Source: Catajapyx aquilonaris (Eukaryota). Taken from it: a stretch of DNA of 64,000 bases. The notes under the pieces were generated by a model that saw only the letters and a program-made list of their open reading frames with translations, had not been told where the DNA came from and ran no database searches. The stretch covers positions 1 through 64,000 of the forward strand of contig JYFJ02001977.1 in the NCBI GenBank assembly GCA_000934665.2, in the 5' to 3' direction. Below, piece after piece: positions 49,997 through 61,200 of this stretch. Both the position numbers and the translations under genes were made by a program. Position 1 is the stretch's first letter, and the number at the start of each line of letters is the position of its first letter.

Positions 49997-52900
49997 ATGC
50001 TGGTGCTGTTCGAGACTTCGGCGGGTTTCGCCATCTTCAAGGTAAAAGGACCACCGGCGACCCAGGCCTAAACGCAATATGGGGGGGCACACTTTTTTTT
50101 TGTGTTCCAACAGAGTTTATCTTGAGGTTCGGGCGAAAGTCCGTCTTGTCAGCCTTTTTTTTATATAGTGGAAGATCATGCTGGGAGGTGTTGTCATGAG
50201 CTGCACTAGTTGCATTGTTGGATTGGGAGATGATTTAAGAAAATTGTATTGTAGGTGCTGAATGAGAAGAAGCTTCAGAAGACTGACAATCTCTTCAAGG
50301 AGTTTGAAACGCCAGAGAAGGCCAGCCAAATGTGAGTAGTTGATTGTATTGGAACAAACATATCGCCTCAACTGTTAGTGACATTAGATGTATTTTATGG
50401 CACGTCTCTTTGAGGTGCATGATCACATTATTAATATTGTGTTTATTGAGGGAGACGGAGTGGCGCCGCGGAAACGCGTGCGCCCACGGAAGTTAAGGTC
50501 CCGGGTTCAATCCCCACCCGGGGTTCCCACCTTCTTTCGTGCAGAGTTGGGCCATCTCTGGCTTCGTTTCGGGTGGCAATTTCCGATAGACTAAGCCACC
50601 CGGGGGAGTTCACAAAATGACCAATTAACGACAGCGCACTTGCACTTCGCACATCCCCTCCTAATTACCCTTGGAGCAATTAGATATACGTATATGTATC
50701 GCTCCAAACCACAAATGGTGGTAACCCACCCCCCTAGAAATGGCCTATCGGTCAGATAACGGGGTACAGGGGGGGGAAGAAAAAAAAGTGTCTATTGAAC
50801 ATTTATTTTCGCATGGTTTACATGATAAAATCATTGTTGTATTGGTAATGTGGCATTGCTAATATGTGCACAGAGTTGTGACTAGTATGGTGAGTATGTA
50901 ATTTTGACAAATGACAAAGGCAAATGGCTACACATACCACATGTTTCAAAGTTGGGTTTACATATGTATTGGTAAAGACCTAACCCTTATGGATGCTCAT
51001 TTCCACACTTGTTGAGCAAAATTCCCACCAATACCAATGTGACCTCAGTTGTGACACAGCATACTTTTCGCCTCTTTTGAAACCAAATTTTGTTGATGAC
51101 AGTGTGAAGCTGCGAGACTTCCGCAAGTTTAGCGACATGACTGAGGCCCTTGGAGCAGCGACTGCCACAGTGGAAGGGAAGCTGTGCAAGCCACTTAAGA
51201 AGATTCTCAAGTCAGTTGCTGCAGAGGCACTTCAGGAGGAGCTTGCTGTGGCAGACTCAAAGCTTGGAAATGTGATCAAGGAGAAGCTGAACCTGCCTTG
51301 CGTGTCCAACAATGCCGTTCAAGAGCTGATCCGGTGCATCCGATCACAGGCAGATGGACTTCTAGGAGACCTTCCCAACAGTCAGATGGCTGCCATGTCT
51401 CTTGGTCTGGCCCATAGGTAACACTCCATTCCAGAGCATATTATTTTATGAGCCTTGACTCTTTCAATACCTTAAATTATTTTTCCAGTTTTTCGCGCTT
51501 CAAGCTCAAGTTCAGTCCAGACAAGATTGACACCATGATAGTGCAGGCAGTGAATCTTCTGGATGACCTAGACAAGGAGCTCAACAATTATACCATGAGG
51601 TGTAAGGAGTGGTATGGGTGGCATTTTCCAGAGGTGGCTAAGATCATAACTGACAACATGGCATATGTTAGGACAGTTAAGGCTATGGGTGAGTTGACTC
51701 TTAGGCTTCTTTATAATAATCGTAATTATAGTAATCAGGGTCCTAGTTTGCTTGTGCATACTTCAGACGTATAGCGCAGGCATTTATTGTTCATAAAGTA
51801 TGCAAGGAATTGTTGCATAATCCTGTGTCCATGAGAGGGGATGACATACTGGAAGAAAAAATGAATGTGCAATGTCAAAGTGCAGCTTTGTGTGTTCATG
51901 GACAGTTATTCAAGCACACATAATATCATCCGTCCCCCCTCACCCCCCAACTTTCATATATCTGTTTTGCAGGAATGAGAACGAATGCTGCTGACTTTGA
52001 CTTCTCAGAGATTCTTCCCGAAGATATTGAAGCACAGCTCAAGGAAGCAGCAGAGATCTCGATGGGAACTGAGATAACTGAGGAAGACATTGACAATATT
52101 CGACACCTTTGCGACCAGGTAAAAATGTTAATTTTAATTGTCACTGATAAAAGAGGCTTAACATTAATCACAATCTATTGCTGTTTTCTTCTTCTAGGTG
52201 ATTGAGATCACAGAATATCGAGTCCAATTGTATGAATATTTGAAGAATCGAATGCTGGCTGTAGCTCCTAATCTTACCGTCATGGTGGGCGAGTTAGTTG
52301 GTGCCAGGCTAATCTCTCACACAGGTGAGATTACCCACAACATGCCTTCTTTCCCAGATTTGACCAAATGCAGTTGTAATACAGTGAAACCTGCCCATTG
52401 CGGGCCCTGGGTATAGCGAAAACCTATCCATTGCGGGAATTTTTCTGGGAATGGCTGTATGCATAGGGCAAGCCTATCCATTATCCATTAAGGAAAATGT
52501 TTGGGGTCCCGTGCAATTACACAGGTTTCACTGTACTATTAATTTGTCATACACTCATGTACGGGTCTTCAATTAGCTCTGGGGACGGAAATGGGACTTT
52601 TAACTGTAACTGTGGGGACATTTTCAAATAGTGGGGACATTTCTCGTCCCCACAATTGAGTTCACCGGTTGGGTACATACATAGTGGGGACATGGCCCCA
52701 CAATTGGGTCTGTTTAAAAACCATTTATCTCAGCCTAGGTTAGTTAGGGTAGGGTAGGTTAGGTATGTTAGGTTAGGTTGGGTTAGGTCAGGTCAGGTCA
52801 TGTTAGGATAAACTAGGTTTCAAAAGCTGTGTTAGCCATGTCCCCACAGCTTATGGCGTGCAAACATGGGTGATCTGATGATTGCACACATGTGTACAGT

Positions 52901-54370
52901 GTTGGACATTAATCGAGGCATATTTCTAGCGACATTTTCCGAAGCGGCAGAAAAAGGAATCGAAGATAAGGAAACAGCAAGATTCCTTCTGCCACTTCGG
53001 AGAATGTCGCTGGCAGTATGCCTTGATTAATGTCCAACACTACATGAATGTAATGACAATTCTTTAACATTCCTTGAATAATTGATGATGTGAAACAATA
53101 TTATTTTTAGGACAAATGATAAGTAATGCATCCTACTGGTTCTACAGAATATAATGTCAAAGATTGGCCCAGTTGCAGATTAAGTAATTTCAACTATTAA
53201 TTTATGCTTACTCCTGTGCTACATACAGTAAATTGTTGTACACTCATTACATTCAGGGCTGACCATACATATCTGAACTGTAACACATTCCCTTCCTTTC
53301 CAGGCTCTCTCTTGGAGTTAGCAAAACGCCCAGCATCCACTGTGCAGATCCTCGGGGCAGAGAAGGCATTGTTCCGTGCCTTGAAGACGAAATGTGACAC
53401 TCCCAAATTTGGTCTCCTGTATCATGCTCAAATGGTGGGCGCTGCCAGCACACGGAACAAGGGGAAGGTAGCGAGGATGTTGGCGGCTAAAGTGGCTTTG
53501 GCAGTGAGGGTAGATGCCCTTGGGGAGGACGTGGGCGCAGAAATGGGGGTGGATAACAGGGCCAAGCTGGAGGTTAGGTTGAAGCAGCTGGAGAAGGGAG
53601 ATATGAGGAGGGTCAGTGGCACAGGGAAGGCCCAGGCCAGATTTGATCGCTACGAGAATAAGAGGTTAGTTTTGATGTGCAAGGGTGGAATTGTGCTTGT
53701 AATGCATTGGTGTCACTTGCTGATTGGTTTTCTCCTTGCAGTGAAGTGCACCTTTACCCAAATGCTGCAGACAGCACTGTTCCATCATCGTCTGGAAAAC
53801 GCAAATGGGGAGGTGAGGATGAGGAGGAGGAGCAGTGGGAAGCAAAGCCCAAGAAATTAAAGGTTGAGGTCAAGGAAGAGGAGGAGGAGGAGAATGAAGA
53901 GGAAGCAGAGGAGGTGCCATCTCCAAAGAAGAAGAAAAGGAAGTCCAAAGTGAAACAGGAGGAGGACGCAGACACCACTCTTAACAATTCACAAGGTAAC
54001 GTCTTCCTTTAGCCACACTTTAAATACATTCCACTTGCGTTGCCCTTTAACAATTCGGTAGCATAATGCTCTGCAAAGCAGAAGCTGCAACGTTTGCAAA
54101 AGTACTAGGAACGAAAATAGACATTTTTATGACAAATGGTATCACAAACCAAGGAACTTGATGCAGTACTGATGAACGGAATTAATCTTTGCAGAAGAAA
54201 CACCATCTGGAGAGAAGAAAAAGAAGAAGAAGAAAACTAAGGTGGAGGTGACCGTGAAGGAGGAAGCAGACGATACGGCTGAGCTGGATACAACAGCAGC
54301 TGACGAAGGAGCAGAGGAAGGCACGAAGAAGAAGAAAAAGAAGAAGAGGAAGACTGAAGACGCTAGCTAG
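49997..54370 (+). CDS. NOP58: Nucleolar protein 58 (box C/D snoRNP core, Nop5)
   Basis: Exons 49997-50041, 50255-50331, 51103-51417, 51489-51688, 51973-52118, 52198-52324, 53304-53664, 53742-53995, 54195-54370. Motifs: [71 protein letters not shown], and a Lys/Glu-rich tail. Confidence 0.97.
50451..50788 (+). mobile_element. tRNA-derived SINE in NOP58 intron 2
   Basis: Head ggagacggagtggcgccgcgg...gggttcaatcccc with A and B boxes. The body is homologous to 25640-25938 and it ends in an A-rich tail. Confidence 0.8.
52382..52533. mobile_element. pogo/Tigger-like MITE with TA target duplication
   Basis: TA|CAGTGAAACCTG ... CAGGTTTCACTG|TA: a perfect 12-bp TIR around a 152-bp element. Confidence 0.85.
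52562..52860. repeat. Repeat element with interstitial (TTAGG)-like microsatellite
   Basis: Repeated tggggaca / tgtcccca motifs in both orientations surround a degenerate ggtta/ggtca array at about 52735-52820. Confidence 0.6.
52895..53044. mobile_element. Palindromic MITE (about 60-bp arms)
   Basis: agtgttggacattaatcgaggcata...ccgaagcggcagaa pairs with ttctgccacttcgg...tatgccttgattaatgtccaacact. The end is shared with 28690-28750. Confidence 0.8.
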
Positions 54371-55285
54371 AGATATCGGAGATATATACCCCACATTTTT
54401 ATCTCCTTTTTTTCGTTCTTTTATTGTGTCGTTTATAAGGGGTGAAGCCTTTTCCCATTACATTGTAACAATACTACATTCCCCCTCACAATTATGGTTT
54501 GCTGAGTATTGCATTGGACATATACAGTACAATCAACGTCTGTACCGACCTATTTTTTCCAAGCTTGTGTCGATTGTCTTGACAGTGGAATAAAAAGACA
54601 ATGGCGAGGAGTTGATCACTTTGTAATTGCATGAATTACAATGAGGGACTGCAACGAAAAGCTGAGGGAACATTTTCAATTTTCCAACTTGATGAGAACT
54701 CAATCCATACACGTCAAGTACGTGTATTTGCACGTAGCGTTTTAAACGTGCATGATCAAGCACTCAAACGTGATAAAATAGGGTAACTGCAGGTGCTCCA
54801 CAATACGTAACTAGCACGCAGCAGTTATGTTCGGTGTCTTCAGGTGCTCGTGGTCGACATTAAATATTATGTATGTTAAATATTAACTCTGTAAGTACGG
54901 TATCCCAAGTCCCAACTAATGGATTGAACTCCAAGTCTTGATACAAGCATGTCAAATCATTGCATCCGGGATGATGAGATGTATACATGCACGCACCCGG
55001 GGGATTGACGCACATCGTGTGCCAAAAAGTCTACGCGCCATTCACCTCCCTCCCACCCACATGCTGTGACGTCATCTGATGAGGGATACCATCGCCTGCT
55101 AGTGCCTACTCTCCACTTCCCATCTCGCAGCTGCCAACTCAGCCATCAGATTTTTCTGCCTTCCTTTTCTCCTTTTCCTTTTCCGATCCCAGCAGCGCTC
55201 TCTCTCTCTCGTCCTCTGCCGTCGTCGTCGTCTTCCCCTCCTTGTCGGGGCCAGCAGCTGCTGCCCCGATCCCTCCAGCCAGGAC

Positions 55286-58200
55286 ATGGCCAGCCCCAGG
55301 ACCAGGCGGGTGCTGCAGGAGATCAGATCGGAGCAGGACAACAACGTAAGGGAATGGGATCAATGAGGATCTTTTGGCAGGTGGTTTTTGCCTTACCGTG
55401 TGCAGCAGACCGTTGGGTGGGACTTTCACTGGGCAGACAGATGGACTGGGGTTATCCAGCGGGTGGGCTCAGTAACAGGTGCAAATGGACAGTGCGGGTT
55501 GTTCATAGCGACAACAGTTGGTTGCATTCAGTGTGCACCATGCATATTTCATGGGATTCATGCCCAATGCTTCAGCAGGAGATGAACCGGATGCGACAAT
55601 ATGGATTGGCACAATCAGCTGATTTGACATTGTTGCGGGTGGCTGGGCACCTTATTGTTGCAGGGACATGTTTTCATCCACAGACAAAAGTTAATTTGAC
55701 CTGAGCCTCATTTATTATGGCCACCATATGATTGTGGACACTATCCCATAAGATGGCCACATCAAAGTGTCAGGAATAATATTGCCCTGATAGTGTGTGG
55801 ACGAGAGTGCCTTATTACACATCTTGCCTGCTTGCGTTATTGTTGAACGTGGCTATGCAGTGATTATTTTCTCATGAAGGATTGTAAGCAGCCTTATTGG
55901 GGAGTATACTCTTAACGATTGCAGTGGTACTTGTGCAATACTGAAGTGACATGCTGTGCAATAAGACGTAAATTATCGTACTGTAATAATGGCCCACTCC
56001 TACTGCAGTCTTGGTGTAGGCAGCCTATTCTTAAAGAGTGGTTAACTCAGGCCTGGTATTTTATTTTGGAAGCATGGAACTTAAGTAACTTTTGGGTGCC
56101 AGAATAACCCCTTTAAGGGATTTTATGTGCTCTGTGTTATGCCTTGTTCTCACAAGTGCATTTTCTCTTCCTGAATCATTGATTAAATTCTTGGCTTGTC
56201 TTCACTGGCATTGTTTGAATTCGTGTGTGTGGGTGCTCTTCAGAATTTAAAAGGGTGCCCGTCCTTCTGAGGCCTAAATCCAGTTAACTGTACACATGGA
56301 AACAAATTAATGCAAAATGCACTTGCATTTTGTCCAGTTTTGGGACATTTAAAAGATCACAAGGCACTGCCGACCAAATATCATCAGGGATGCTTTCACT
56401 TGCATTTCTTATGTGAGTGTCCATGATGATATTTGATGGAAAATAACTTCATTAGTAATAAGTTAATTTTTAAAGGAAGGACTGACTTGAATAAGGAGTA
56501 TGTTTAAGTAGGTAGCGGCAAGATAGCATATGGGCTATAGGAAAACTGTAATGCATTATGAGCACTCATGTCCTGAACAATATTGTTCAGGACATGAGTG
56601 CTCATAATGCATCATCATTGTGATTGTGACCTACCTGTTAATGGCCCACTGCCTTTGTGTATCATTAACATCAGCAGAGTAAGGGCCATTGCACTTTCAT
56701 AATGTCATAGCACAGTGTGTTTCCCCATGTTATTGTTGACAACAGCAAGGAACAACATGCTATTTTTGATACTATGTGATCAGTCCAACTGGCCCCAAGG
56801 GTACTATTCATACCCATGTAGCCTGTGATAATAACATCAATATCCATGACTTCTCATGCTCGTAAAATGTGCAGGTTTTGCAGCCAACATTTTACGGCAC
56901 AATATATTATTAAGTAACTGTAGCAAAGGACTTTTAGGATACAAATTTTGGTATAGTGCATACTTAATGTCTCCTATGAAAATGCTGCCGGCTATAAAGA
57001 CATTGACCATTTTTATTTTCTAGCGCTGCTTTGAATGTGGCGCACCAAACCCCCAATGGGTGTCTGTAAGTTATGGCATCTTCCTTTGCCTGGAGTGCTC
57101 TGGGAAGCATCGTGGCCTGGGGGTCCACCTGTCCTTTGTGCGCTCCACAACAATGGACAAGTGGAAGGACATCGAACTTCAGAAGATGAAAGTTGGAGGA
57201 AATATGAAGGCCAAGAGGTTCCTAGAATCAAAGTCCGACTGGGATCTTTCCATGCCAATGCAGCAGAGATACAACTCCAAGGCAGCAGCTCTCTATCGAG
57301 ATAAGGTTAGCATAACTAATCCTTTCATGTTTTGTACTGGTTCTTGACCTCATATTGGACTCTCATGTTGCTTATCAGGGCGTGTGCGTAGCTGACTTCT
57401 GACTTCTTATGTCCCCATCAAGGCTAATGCCGATGTGATCCCATAATATTATTTATTGATGTTAATACACTTGTGCAGGGACAGTTAAATTAACACCAGG
57501 GTTTGTAATATGGTTATTTAGAGCAATTTTTGCAAAGGTAGAGGTTAATGAGCCTGACTGTGTGATGCTTTCTCCACTTGAATTTTGAGGCTACCAAATT
57601 GTTGGATCTAATTAGTAATAACTTTTAGATACACAGGCTAACTGTATGTACCAAAGGTGAACTCCAGACTACTGCAGTGGAAATAATTTCCTTTCAGTCA
57701 ATGAGGATGCCAACGTAGGACTGTACACATACATTTCACCGATATGGATTTCTCTCTCAGATGACTCATAGACACCTCACATACTGTATTATGCCTTTTC
57801 TGATCTTACATGCATTTTTTGTAGATTTCAACTTTAGCTGATGGCAAGAGCTGGAGAGAAGAGGAATCCCAAGCTCGTCACCATCAACCCAGCAGCATAA
57901 TGGCTAAAAGTGCATCCACACCATCATTTCGAAGTGGGGGCGGGTTGAGCGGTGGGTCTGCAGGAGGGGGAAGCGGCTACCATGATTCTTGGGACATGAA
58001 TGGAGGTGGAGGTTACCAGGGCGGTGGAGGTGTTTATGAGTCATATCAGAGTTACAGCGACCAGAAGGAGTCATTTTTCAATCGTAAACAGGTGGAAAAT
58101 GCATCCAGGCCAGAGTAAGTAATGAATATTAATTGTCGATTAAGGATATGCTTCTGAAGCAGAAATTTTAGTGAATTTGTAGTTTTTAAGCATCCATAAA

Positions 58201-61200
58201 ATGTCACATGTGATATTATGATTATTCCTGATGATTTGGTGACTATTAGTCAGAGATTTGGGGATTGCTTATGGTAAATTGAGACCATGTTTTTGAAGTA
58301 AAATTTTGTCAGATCTACCCAATAATAACAAATTACACTAACAATAAGTACAAGGTTCAAAGGCTAAAGCTGAAATGATGGGCATTGTGTTCAGAGAAAT
58401 CTTTAATTTTTCCCTTTAAAGCGGTTTGCCACCATCACAAGGCGGACGCTACTCAGGTTTTGGATACACCATGGATCCTCCACCAAGAAGCACTTCCCAA
58501 GAATTTTTTGACACAGCTGTCTCCTCCCTTGCAAGTGTAAGGCATTTATCAACTATCCCATCAATATCGCATATTTCACTCTTTTGACACAGTTTGAATG
58601 AGTGTAAACTGTCTTCTAGGGCTGGTCCACGTTTTCCATTGGAGCATCGCGCTTCGCTTCCAAAGCTACAGAAAATGCTCTCAAACTAGGCGGTGCTGCT
58701 ACACAAAAAGTAACTGAATTAAGCGATTCTGTCAGTGAAAAGGTGAGTACAATAAATTATTGTTAAGCGAAGAATAGTGTAGTGTGGTGTCATTAGAATT
58801 GTAGCCCTGCATGCAGGTGCCATTTTCATATCAGGCAGTTTTTCCATTCTTATTTTTAGGCTTTTATTAGGCCATTAGAACAAGTCGCTTCAAATCATTT
58901 GCACTTTCGATTTACCCAGTGATACACATCTGCTGTGGTTCTGGTGTTAAGTTCACTCAGTTGATTTAAAATGCAACATTTTCAGTGCAGTTGTGTTGGT
59001 TGCTTTTTATGTTAATTTTGCTCCCCCTGCATATGTGTCTAGGTCAGAGAAGGTCGTCTTATGACTGATGTCTCCGACCATGTGACAGGGGTGGCCCAGA
59101 AGGTGAGTGTTCACCGCATGCCTTTTTTGTTCTGTGGTTCTCCTTTCCTTGTGTATTTTGGATGATGTCAGGTGTTGCCGGGAAAGGGCCTCCAAGTTTG
59201 GCCACAGGAAATTCTCCCGCCCCTTCCACCCTCCCCCACCTCATTTTAAATAGTTGGGAGGGTTTGTGGTGGGGGTGGAAGGTCGGTAGAGGTTTAGGAA
59301 GACCTTGGCAAGCTCCATTAGAGCAGCTGGAAATGGGAAAACAAGATTATTGGGGAAGAAAAGTGCTTTAAAGCGGTTTTGACAGTTGCTCGAGAAAAGT
59401 GGTTTTACCTTTGTTCATGGGGAAAGAATCATTGTTTTGGAAAATTCTCCCAAGTGTGAAAAAGGGAAGGTGAGGGTGAAAGAAAAATTGGGTCAGGATT
59501 TTTGTTTCATAAGGATTTTAACACCGTGAAGAACACTGGTTGAGCCAAACTCCTACACGGTTGCATTTTTTGTCACGGCCAGCTCCCAGCTGTGATTGTG
59601 AACTAGTGAATTATGCAACTAAATCGTCTGATAGAACTGAAGTAGGAAAGATTAATCATTCTAATTAAACAGACATATATAATACACGTGCCAGACATTT
59701 GCATGCGAGATAACCTAGTCTTAAAATTGGGCAACACGGCATCCATTAGTGTGTGGATAAGGCGTAATGAGTGGGAAGAAAATAAGTGCTTCTGGGTGAT
59801 GTGATATAACACATGTGGGTTGTTCACATATAGGATCACATCCTCTTCTGATCATTTTGCGTGCTGCCTAGAGCATTGCACAATCATGAAAATCTAAGGT
59901 TAGTTCAAATTGGCTGTGGGGGGGGGAATGGAAAAATACAACAAAAAATAAAGACAGGAAAGGGCCTTTTTTTATACGTCCTTGCACTAACTTTTTATTT
60001 CCTGTTACTTTTTTACCACCACCCCAGAAGAAACTAAGGCATGAAATTGGAGAGCAACAGGTGAATATGAAGTTGAGCCCATACGTAGTGCCAACTGTAG
60101 CGAATAAGGAATTAGCTAGGTGAACGGGCATGACGTGTTACTTTTCATAGTGACATATTTATATGTATAGTGTAGTACTGTATGTAAACGATGTGGGTGG
60201 AACGCATTATGTCACCAATTTTTTAAGACCCACATTTTTGTGTGTGTAGTACTGCAGTGATATGAATCCGTAATTAGCAAGTGAAAATGACGTGTTGTTA
60301 AACAAGGACGTTCGCATGAGCTGCTATAGTTGGGGAGAGAAAGTGGATCAAAAAAAATTGCGGTAAACGAATTGCGTTCATGTTTTCAGTCTGTAGCCAA
60401 CTGTAGCACTATTGCATCGAAAGGCACGAACACGCGTCCCTGTCAGACAGTTTTTTTTTTGTTTTTTTTTACCTTGTCTTGCACGTTTGAGGCCAACCCG
60501 CAGAATTATATTATAAAGGGAGATTTGGAGGTGAAGGCCTTCTTTTCTTTTCTCGAGCGAGACCAAAGGCATTATAACAACTTGCTTTGTTCAGCTCCCA
60601 GGTAATGCGAACTTGACCGTAACGCCCGTAATGAAAGCTTACAAGATGTGCGAATAATGAGGGTATTTTAAGGAGACTATACGCAGATACACTCGCGGAA
60701 ATAAGTAAGGTAGCAGACCTGAAGCTCAACTTAGCCACTGGGCATTTTATATGACAAAGGCATTTTCTATCGCTATTCGCCTGGAGGTATCGCAGCCATC
60801 GAGTTGTCCGGAATGCTGCTCCCGAGAATTCCGTGAGAAAAATCGCGTGGGAAAAAACAGTCATGAGAAAAATTATCCGGGACCACCGGACGACGCCGGT
60901 TTTGTCGTCGACGTTGGACCAGCAACACGGTCGGTGAACGACTCTGTTTTTATCGGCGGCCGGAATCAAAAGGAGGGGCGTATCCATGTGCAAAGGAGCG
61001 GGTGACGTAGCCCCCTGCAGGTGTGGCTTAGATCGTGTGCGGCACAGGTACATTCAGGAGGTTGGATCGGATCGGAGTGGAAGTGTGCAGTGATGGCTCG
61101 GGCCGAAGATAGGGGTTTGGTCAATTGCAATCGGGGGTTGGGGTTGGGGGTACATGCCAGAGGTGCTTTTAGGAAGATAGAGGCCAAGGTGAGATATTTA

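Noticed and set aside
52735..52820. True telomere or chromosome-fusion scar
   Set aside because: Short, degenerate and embedded in an intronic repeat element.
55066..55704. 212-aa ORF at the ARFGAP1 5' end
   Set aside because: It spans UTR, exon 1 in another frame, and intron; it is low-complexity with no motifs.
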